Shown: positions 25,295 through 35,100 of the stretch, in pieces
Position numbering within the stretch: position 1 is the first letter of the stretch
How the letters are laid out: each line of letters starts with the position of its first letter
Source: Amphiscolops sp. MND2022
Lineage: Eukaryota
Reading direction: 5' to 3'
Length of the DNA: 64,000 nt
NCBI GenBank assembly: GCA_964187785.1
Contig: OZ076409.1
Span: forward strand, 84,322,001 to 84,386,000
Notes under the pieces: generated by a model
Seen by the model: only the letters and a program-made list of their open reading frames with translations
Told to the model about the DNA's origin: nothing
Database searches by the model: none
Position numbers and translations under genes: made by a program

Positions 25295-27001
25295 CTTGCA
25301 AAATAGTGGAGAGACAATATTTCAATTAAACTTGAGTCGTTACAAACGTAATGGAGACTCCAGTTCAGTGATTTGTCAAAGTTTTCGAAACAAAGGAATT
25401 GTACTAAGCAAAGGTAATTAACACGATTATTACAAAAGCAAAATTTCCGGAGAATGATTAATCAAACGCACTTGGAAAATCAAATTGTCAACTAGCCTTT
25501 CCTAATCCCGCTTCAGGTATTTATACTTTACGCTAGACACGCGGGGAAAACCCCGCGCGTGAATTCACACCTTGTTCACCTCGGCGTCCTTTCCGAAGCG
25601 GGGAAATCCAAATAAGGTATTCTTCCTTGGGACTCGGCATTCGGTTTCAACCCACTTTAAAGAAAAGTGGGAATTCACTTCCTGCCGCTTCCCAATTCCG
25701 CGTCCCTTTCTTCTTCATTCCCCGCCTTTTCAAGACGCCGAAGGTGAAGTTGGCACTGAAATTCATGAACCTAGCTACTGAAGCGGGAAAAGGAAACGAA
25801 TTTTCCTTGAAATAAAATAAGCAATTCAACATAAGAGAAATCTGCACTAATTTGTGAATTGACAAAATTAGGGGTGATGATCACAACTACCGACGCGCTT
25901 TCACAAATTTGACATTAAACACATGCCTGGTCGACGGACATAATATTCAAACGAGGTCAAGCAACCAGGCTAACGGCCCAAATTAATGTATGTGAAAAGG
26001 GGGGCAAGTTTATTCAGTTAGGTAGCATCTGGGAGTAATTTCCATTTGGTTAGCAAATATGGTATGTCGAACGATTATCACTACCATAACGTATTAATAA
26101 TTCACTCAAATTTGATACATCGTTAATTAATCAAACGGTTGTCCAGGCGGGTGTCCCGGCTCGTACTAATATTATTCATCATTTCGCTTCACTTGAATGA
26201 TTTGTAACCTTCCATGTATAATTAAGATAGCACATTTACATGTATTAAGGCAGTTATTCATTATCTGTTGGTGTTTTAGTTCTTTACTGCTCCATCTAAG
26301 TTGGGCTGGTTGTCCGGCGGTCGTCCCAGGTTATAAATATAAACCGGTTGTCCCAGCGGCCGTCCCAGAAATCATGGTTGACAAATTAACAATTGTACTT
26401 TGGTATATTATAAATATTACATATTCCAACTCTATTACTTAAAACTGCATATTTTAAGCTTCTTCTAAGCTCTGAATTTGAGTTTATTTCACATTTAGCG
26501 TCATTTGAGTACACTAGCATTTCAGTTAATTCAGTCGAGCAGCCAGGCGTGCGTCCCAGCTTTGTCGACTGAATTGCTTGGCTAGCAGAGTAGCTGAGTT
26601 AATACTGCACATTCGCGCTTAGCGCTGATTGGTTAATCAAAGGGACAGTGAGAATTAGTGTGTTTTGCTACGCAGATATTGGGACGGTAGGCTGGTCAGT
26701 GCGCTGGTTGGAATAACTTCAATCAGCGTATTGGTCAAGCTACTGCAAATAAATCACATTTACAACAAGTTATTATTATTTAATTATTTACATATTTATG
26801 TATTTCAGGTACTGCAGGGGGTTGATGATATTAATATTATGCACTTACAGGGTTGTTCGATATCAATGAGTGTTTGTTTGTTGATTGTTTTCTTTCAGGT
26901 TTGTGATGGTTTATTAGCTTCTTCTTGGTTAATTTCTCCATTTCTTTCCTCTGGCGTTCTCTCTGATCTTATTATTTCACGGCCCTGTGGCGGCTGTGAC
27001 A
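24952..27001 (-). repeat. 3' LTR (2,050 bp)
   Basis: Direct repeat of 38542-40592; preceded on the minus strand by the purine-rich tract. Confidence 0.97.
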
Positions 27002-27545
27002 GTCCCCGGCTTTGATGAGAGACGTCCATTGTGGGAAGAAGTGGTGAAATTGGCCTGAATGGGGAAGAGATGGGGGGTTGAAATATAGACTGTACCATTG
27101 AATCATAAGACATCCAGGACGAATCTGTTGACCAGTCACTTCCTGAGAAGTAACCTATCGAACTAGAGTTACTGGAGATGGGGCTGATTGTCCCATCGTG
27201 CGGCCCGTATAGCCAATTGTCCATGTTCTCGTAGTTTCTAGGGGGGCTCATGAATTCGTCATCCGGGATAATTGGGTTGAAGTTTGTAAATTTCCTGGAT
27301 GGTAATGTGTCTGATTGGGCTGTTTCTAGGATAGATATCGGCGCCGACTCATGGTAAAGGACAATATGTTCTGTCCCAGTATTGATAATCTCGTAAATAT
27401 CCTCAATAATTGGTGTTTGAGTATTTTCGCAATTATCACTAAGCGCTTTAGGTGTTGAATGTGCGCGGGGGTTTACTGGGGCAGCGTCTTGGTCGCGGTC
27501 CAAAATGAAATAATCGGTTGAGGAATTGAGTGTCGATGAATTCAT
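26895..27545 (-). CDS. 216-aa S/P/T/D-rich sense ORF crossing the PPT and ending 107 nt inside the 3' LTR; function unknown
   Basis: ATG-initiated, 651 nt without a stop; no recognisable domain. Confidence 0.45.
   Translation of the reverse strand: MNSSTLNSSTDYFILDRDQDAAPVNPRAHSTPKALSDNCENTQTPIIEDIYEIINTGTEHIVLYHESAPISILETAQSDTLPSRKFTNFNPIIPDDEFMSPPRNYENMDNWLYGPHDGTISPISSNSSSIGYFSGSDWSTDSSWMSYDSMVQSIFQPPISSPFRPISPLLPTMDVSHQSRGLSQPPQGREIIRSERTPEERNGEINQEEANKPSQT
27002..27013 (-). promoter_or_regulatory. Polypurine tract (AAAGCCGGGGAC)
   Basis: Purine-rich stretch immediately 5' of the 3' LTR's TG. Confidence 0.75.
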
Positions 27546-27845
27546 TTGATCCGATGAGTAAATAAATTGTGTGCAATAAATAGTAATACTTGTAAGTAAT
27601 GCTGAGCGGCTGTTCTGCGGAATGGTCGAGTAATTGAATGATAATTCCGTTCTTTTCTTCTGTTCACGCCGCTTGCATGAATGGGAAAGTTTTCAGCTGG
27701 CAGACTGAATGACTTCCATTACGTCATACTATTAGTTTGTAATAATAATATTAGCGTTGGTTTTACGCCACGTCTTCGTTTTGATTTCGTTGATGTTATG
27801 TTATGGTACCTTTCGGATTGTGTTGCTGATTGAAACGAATTTGAA

Positions 27846-30800
27846 ATGGCAGATTCAACAGATGAGGATACTGCTCGTTTCTTGCGTTCTCGCCAGGTGG
27901 GCGTTCTTGAGAGTGATGTGGGAGATATAGGAGGTGAATCTGTTGGAGTCGATGTGTCGAGTGGAGAAGTTAGTGGGGCTGGTAATGCTAGTTCTGGCGA
28001 GGAGAACACTTTGTGTATTGTGGAGTCTTCTGAAGAAGGTCCAGTGGGAAGACCTGGTTCATCAGCTGCTAGTGGGAAGGAAGTCGCAGGCCGCGGGTCT
28101 GGTTTCGGTGAGATCGAGGAGAGCGATGATGAGCTGACTGATCTAGATGATGACGGTGATAATGATGATGCCTCTGTCCATTCTTCAGGGAGTGACGCAC
28201 GGCATGATCTCGATTTCCTGCACGACCAATATGGTAAGTTCTTTAGCATGACATTAGTGGCCAGTTAACGTCGATTTGCTAGAATACAGACGCGTCATTC
28301 TTCTACCGGTTGTTATAGGGCATAGTGATGATTCCAAAGATGAGGACTTCATCCCTGATGGTGCTGGGTCGACTGGTCGCCGCGCGAAGCGGTTGTCTTC
28401 CGCTGTCTCAGCAACTGGTTCAAAGCGTGTTCGTGTCTCTGATGGTGTTGGTGCTGGTGGGGACATGGTCGAGGAGGATGCACCAGGAGAACTGCCCTCT
28501 GCCGGTAGGTATTTCGTGTGTCTTGGTCGTGTTAGGGTATCTTATTAGATCAAAATGTGTCTGGTTTCGTTTAGGCGATTCACTCAATGTTCTTGGTGGC
28601 GAGGTTTCTGCATCATGTGAGCATCTTTCTGGTGCCTGTATCTGTGGGACTGCCGCTATTGTTGATGATGTGGTCGGTTCAGGTGCTACTGAGGAGCCCT
28701 TGTCTCGTTTGGAGAGGACTTCGCACACACGGCCGCCGACGGGTTTGGAGCGGTCTATCGTCCACAATGAATGGGCGAAAGGTTATCAGTTGTTTACTTC
28801 GTCTCCTCTCCTCTTTCCCTCTTTTTCTATTTTTGTTTTTTTTGTTTTTTTTTGTTTATTTTTTGTTTTTGTTGCGGCTTGTTCTTTGCATGTAGCTTAT
28901 CTCGGACTATTCCTTTGGTTTTGACCACGTTGAATTTTGCAGCTGGACTCAGTGAAGTGCATACTGGAGCAGTATGTCTGTCGTCCTCTCAGGTGTTGGC
29001 TTTCGGTCAGGCTGCAGTACGTCTGGAGAGGAGTCGTGATCAACGGAAAGAGCAAACTCTGACACGTCGTAAGTCCTTATTTGTTTCCGTAGTTTCAGTT
29101 TTCCTTTCCTTGTTTGGGTCCTGTTTTTAGTGGCTTGTAGTTGCTGTTCTATTGTTTTGGTTTCTTTTGGTTGGTCATTCTTTTAAGTTCTAGTTTACTG
29201 TCTTCCATCGCTGCTTTTATATATGGTGCATCCTGTATTTTAGGTCTTGAGCAGATTGTGCGTTTGCTGAAGTCTAAGGGTATCCATATGCATCGTGCCC
29301 AGACCCAGCTGAGTGCACAGGAGACCACTAAACAGCGTCTGTATGCCAAGTACGAGAGGCGTAAGAAACAGCAGACAGAGCGTCATGTGTTGCGGAAAGA
29401 GATGGCTGACCATGCATGTCCTCGTTTGTTCGTCAGTCGTCGCTCGGATAAAGGTCCCAACGGTTTCAACTGCGCCATTTGTAAACGGGACATTTCATTC
29501 CTCAGTCGCGGTGAGCCCGAGATCTGGCGTCACTTTGGCAGTAAGGGCCATTTCCTGAAAGATCGCCGTTATCGTCTGGATCATGAGGAATTCCTGTACA
29601 CGACGAGCTTTGATGAGGTGCCCGTGGCTTCGATATCGGCAGAGTTGCGCGCTGAAATAGAGAAAACGCCAGCAGTTGTTTTGGGGCGTAAGAATCCCTT
29701 TGTCGAAGACGAAGTTGATGCTTTGGTGGGAGTTGAGTCGAATGTCCCTTCATCCGTGCTGGTTGGTGGTCTGTTCGAATTTTTCGTAGTGGTGGTTCAC
29801 ACATGTTTTTGAGGCGTATCTGGAATCAATTCCGAGCTACCTTGCCGGTGGAGTCCAACTGTGCTCAAGCAACATGGAGCAAAACTGAGTCCTTGGTTAT
29901 CCTGGGGCAGACGTTATACCCTCGTATTCTTCGGCGTGTACAGACTTGGATTAAAGACTCAGATTTCAGTGTTAGTGTGAGGAAACATCATGATGGATTT
30001 CAGTTCTTCGTTTATTGTGTATCGTATGACTCCCTGCGAGAGATTTGTGTGCTATGGGAGCCTGAGCTGCCTGGGCTGTGTGATGCCGAGATTGTTGGTT
30101 TGAGTCGGATTTTCGCGCTTCTTCCTGCAGATCAGTCGCCAGTGGCTCTGCGTGGTTGTTCAGCGACTCTGTTCAATGTTGTGAGAGAGTGGTGTGAGTC
30201 CCAAGGTCGGCCCAAGCCAATGCTAGTTTCTGAGTATACTCCTGAGAACTTGAAAGAGCACGTGCAAGAGGCAGCAAAAGTAGGTAATACTTCTTTAGAT
30301 CCTTTTGCCTTGCTGGACTACCTGATGCTGCGATTGGGGCGGGGTTTAAATCAGCCGTGGATGATGGGATTAGTGACGTTCCGAAAGTGTATCCTGGGGC
30401 ATGACATCCCGTTTGCTTCTCTCAGGGCGGTCTTGGAGGAGATTGTTGGGCATTGGAGTGATATCAAGCTGTTCTTGAGTGATGGTATTGCGTCAACTTC
30501 CTCCCGGAGCAAAGCTCCACTTGATTTAAATCAGATGGTTTTGGCAGATGCACGGGTTCTACCACGTTTGTGCGTGTTACATGTGGTTGTTGTCTGTTTC
30601 CAAGCGAATTTTGAAAAGCAGTTTCTTCAAGAGATTACTGATTACAGTTGTCGTGGGTATGCTGAGTTCTGCTTCTTCTATTGGAGTTTGCTCAGTAAAG
30701 TCAAGAAGTCATCTGAGTTGCCTGAGATTGATGATTGGAGCGCATATATTGGACGGCCGCTCACCACGTGGTCAACTGTTTCTTACGTGGAGTGTCTGAA

Positions 30801-31860
30801 AACTGAGCCCCTTTTTGCTTCTGTTTTGGCTGGGAGCCCCGAAGCTATTCGGAAGTCGTTCCTTCGGGAGGGCTATGGGTTCATGATGGAGTTCCTCAAA
30901 GTTTTGAACAGTACGTGTTTCATGGATTCCCGTCTGGCATCAAATCTGAGTTGCTTCTCTCCTGACATGCTTCTGTTGGGAGATGAGTCTTATGCCATTG
31001 AACTGTTCCGGGGCTTAGTAGCCTGTTATCAGGAGTGTGGTCGGCTGACTGTCATTGATTCTGAAAGTGCCTGCAATGAATTCAAATCTTTTCTGGTGGA
31101 GATTCGGCGGAGTAATCGGCAGGTGGTGTCTAGTATTAAAGACATATTTAGTTATTTGCGTCAGTCGGAGGCTTTGGCATGTCGGGGAAGTTTGGCTCGT
31201 GTAGTGTCTTTGTCATCCGTCCTTGTAGTTCCTCGTGTTGTGGATTATGCTGAGGTTGACATTTCTTTGAGTGGGGTTGCAGTGCCTCGGAAGATCTTGA
31301 TGTCAGCTGTCTTTACAGTACAGTCTTATGTTTCGTTTTCCGGATTTACTTCTGGGGAGTTGTTGACCAAGGATTGCCTGGATGATCTAAGGGTGAATCT
31401 GCCTGCTGGTCGTTCGTTCTTAGGGGATGCTAGTTTCGCTCCCTGGTCGTCGTTGTATTGTCTGGGCCATCAAGATTTGTATCGCAGTTTACGAGATCGG
31501 TTTGATGCCTATTTCCTGGAGCGGATGGATGATTGGCGGAAGCGAATGAGTTCGTTGCCAAAAATGTCGCTGACGAGCGCTGTTGGTTCAAGTGTGTCCC
31601 CTTCATGTGACGTTACCCCTTCCGGAGACGAATCGGGTGGTCAAGTGTGTGGTAGTACAGCTAAATTCGCGTCTCCCGTTACTCCACCTCGACCTGTTGT
31701 TGCTGCATTTGACGAGTCTGCTTTGCTATTCAGTCCTGGCCGGTCTAGTGATGTGACGCGCATCCTGCAGAAGAGGCGAGAAGAGCGTAAAGTGTTGTCT
31801 ACTGTGGAAAGTTCGAAGTCGAAAACCCCTAGTAAGAGGGGGAGAGGACGGCGCAAATGA
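27846..31860 (+). CDS. Antisense, intron-containing accessory gene of the retrotransposon (~1,174 aa): acidic disordered N-terminus, BED-like C2H2 finger, hAT-transposase-like helical body, basic C-terminal tail; exons 27846-28233, 28319-28504, 28575-28781, 28943-29068, 29244-31860 (1-nt frameshift at ~29780-29784)
   Basis: Four phase-1 GT-AG introns (gtaagt..ttatag, gtaggt..gtttag, gttatc..ttgcag, gtaagt..ttttag). The three internal exons are all multiples of 3 (186, 207, 126 nt). Finger CAICKRDISFLSRGEPEIWRHFGSKGH. The 223-aa and 685-aa ORFs abut at a T5 run. Confidence 0.8.
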
Positions 31861-32104
31861 TGAAGTTAGCTTGAAACTGAATTAAACAGTTTGTGCTTTC
31901 GGGTACTTTTCATTTAGAGTTTGTAAATTTGTCTGTCTTCCTTTGTTGTTGTCTGTATCTCTGATTTAGTATTATCCAGAGAAAAACTTGGTCTGTGGAG
32001 TGTGTTGTAATACAATCTTGCTCCTGATAATCGTTTTGTCTTGAGTATGTAGTAATAGACGAGTAGGTAGTCAGTGTACCATCTCACGAATTCATTATAA
32101 GAGT

Positions 32105-35100
32105 TTATTCGCTTGCGTCAACGACCACGGAGTCGTAATAAGCATAATCTCTTTTCCAATTTGAAGGGGGGTTACTGCGTAGGTTGTATTTTCCTTTGCG
32201 GGGGGAACTAGGCTCTGGGTTTGGGTTGGGTTCTGGTTGGGATTCCTGTTGTTCGGGTTGGGGTTCCGTTAGGATATCGTGGGTGTCATCTTGGGCAATG
32301 TTTTCTAAGACGTCATGACTATCGGTCGGGTTGATTGCCAATTCGTTGTTGGAATCGTGGTTATGGGTCATCACGAAGTGTTCAAACCCTGATTGCCAGG
32401 CTAGGGCGTATAGGTCATCATGTAGGATTTCAACTTCATCGTCCGGTTGAAAGTCCTTGGTTTGAACTTGTATATCGGGAAGGCGATTTTTCGTGGGGCA
32501 TGGTTTCAGTCGTATCCTGTGTAGAATTTGGGTCTTGTTCGTTTGTAATTTACGAACTAGGTAGTTGTTGTTGGGAAGGGTTTTGACTACTACGAATGGT
32601 CCTGTCCATAAATACTCGCGGAAAGGTAGTTTCGATCCCTGATTGTTTGCCTGGGGGTGTAAGACGTAGCAGTAGTCGTTTGCTGCTAGGGGGTGGGTAG
32701 AAGCTTTTTTATCGTAGTACTGTTTGTACCGTATGTAGGAGTGGAGGAGGTGTTTGGTTACTGATTGGTGTATCATCCGGGTCTTCTGGACGACTTCTTC
32801 GCCTATGTCTGTTTTTGGGTTTCGGGTTTGGTTCTGTTTGAGACCGAACTTTAAGTCAAGCACGTTGTATGGTATTCTGCCATGGAATACTCTACTGGGT
32901 TCGCACCCGAGTGCTGAGTGGTAGGTTGTGTTGTAGTTTAGTGTGGCGGTTGGTACGAACTGGTGCCACATTGTTCTCCTTTCTCCTGTTGATATTTTCA
33001 GGGCTTCTTTTAAGGATGCATGACAGCGTTCTAGGATACCAATTGTTTGGGCATGTTTTGTAGTCGCGTGTCTCAATTGGATGCCTAGAACGCGTGTGGT
33101 GTCAGCCATTACTTCGGACATGAAATGTGTTCCTTTGTCAGTTATGATCGTTGTGGGCAGGTAAGCATGTCTTGTCATTATGTCTACCAGTACTCTTGCG
33201 ATCGAGCGGGCATCTATTTTGGTGACACAATAGGTAAATAGGTAGCGGGAAAAGACGTCCATGGCGGTGACTATCGCTGTGAATCCGTTGGATGGCTCGT
33301 CGAAGGGGACGATGTCCATTTGTAGGGCATCTTCCGGTCCCATTGCCAGTTTGGACGTGTCGATCATTGGTGGGGTTAGGAGGCGATTTTCTGTTCGTTT
33401 TGTTTGCATGCATTTCATGCATTGGTTGATATGTTTGGCTATTCTTGCTGCGAGACTCGGGTAGTAATACTTTTCTCTGCATTGTTGTATGACTTTCGTT
33501 ATTCCCGGGTGTTTGTTGTGCATTCCATGGTGTGCCTCGATGAAGGAGTCGACCAGTTGCTCCGGGAGTAGTACCTGTAGGTGTTTGACTGTTCCGGTTT
33601 CTCCGAAATACTGCCGGTATAGCAGTCCGTCCTTGAGTATGATTCTCGATTCTTGCGCTGTGTAACGGAGTGCTCTGTGGTCTGTGGCCATCAGGTGTTC
33701 ATCATATGGTTCTTTGAGGAGGCGTAGTTTGTAGTTTCTGAGGACACTGTCTTGGTCTTGTTGGTGTCGCATGTCAGTTGGGAGGGTGTTTTCTTGGTCT
33801 TCGGTGGTTTTGTTGTGTCTTGTTATTTCCGTTTGAAATATGACTGTGGTGTCTTCTGTTTGGACTGTTTCCTTATTTGCTTCTTCTCCTGGCGTTGGTG
33901 GGGTGTCGTTCCCTAGAATTTTCTTGCGGGCTCTTTGCTTCCTCTCCCAAATTTGTTCTTCGGTTTCAATGTCATCGTCGGGGAGGAAGTAGAACTGTTC
34001 CTCTTCTGCGACGTTGGAGGATTGAATGTGTACCTCTATTGGTGCTGTTTGAATGTCGTCTCGGATTAAGAGTTGGACTTTTTCCTTTGGGTCTAGGTCA
34101 AGTCGGGAAAGAAAATCAGCTGCGGTGTTCATGCGCCCTGGGACGTGGGCGATCGTAAAGTTGAATTGTAGGACGAAATCGCAGGCGTTCCACAAGGCTG
34201 GTGGTATTATTTTGGTTTGAAAAAACCGTGTGACGGACTTGTTGTCTGTTAGGACGATGACCGGTTTGGTCGATCCCCACAATATGTGGCTGTATTCCAC
34301 GAAGGCGAAATATATAGCCAAGAATTCTTTGGCATATATTGACATTTTGATTTGGGACGGAGAGAATGTCTTGGAACCAAACGCTACCGGGGCGTAAGTC
34401 TTTTTAACTGAGGTCAGTTTTTCATCAGCGTTTTCTTCAATCATGAGGGCGTAGCCTGCATTTTTGAAGTTCGCGTCTGTCATGAGGACGTACTGTTTGT
34501 TGGGTAGTGGTTGTTTCAGCCATAGCCCACAAGCGTTGTCAAGTGCCTTGTTGATGTTGTCGAATGTCCCGATGATCTCGTTGGTGATCTTGATTGGTTT
34601 GTCTGCCTTGACTAATTCGTGGAAGGGTGCTATCTTTTCGGAGAGGCGAGGTATGTAGTTCCGATAATAATTAACGAAACCAATATACCTCTGGAGGCCC
34701 TTTTTGGTTTTTGGGAACGACAGTTTTTGGAGGTAGTTCTTGATCTTGTGACTCTGTGGGGCGATTCCTTCGGGTGAGACTGTTCGTCCAAGGAATTCGA
34801 CTTCCTTGGCACCGAACTGGCATTTAGCCATTGTCAGACGCAGACCTGCTTCTCTTATGCACTGAAAGACCTCACGCAGGTTGTTCTTCAGCTCCTCGGC
34901 AGTATGGGTAGCTATCCCGATGTCGTCGACGTACTGGGCGCACTTGTCGGCTTTGATGACTCGGTCAAGATACTCCCGCATAAAGCTCGAGAAGGAGGAG
35001 AGAGATCTGCTGAGCCCTTGTGCGAGTCGCAGGTAGGCGAATGTCCGACTGGCAAAGTTGAACGCCAGGAGTTCCACTGATTTTTGGTCTGCCATTTGCA

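Noticed and set aside
27719..28767. Minus-strand ORFs (176, 70, 115 aa) in the env position
   Set aside because: They are shadows of the plus-strand exons, with no signal peptide, transmembrane or fusion features; not an env gene.
28771..29243. Hydrophobic Phe-rich ORF segments suggesting a membrane protein
   Set aside because: They are translations of the T-rich introns 3 and 4 of the antisense gene.
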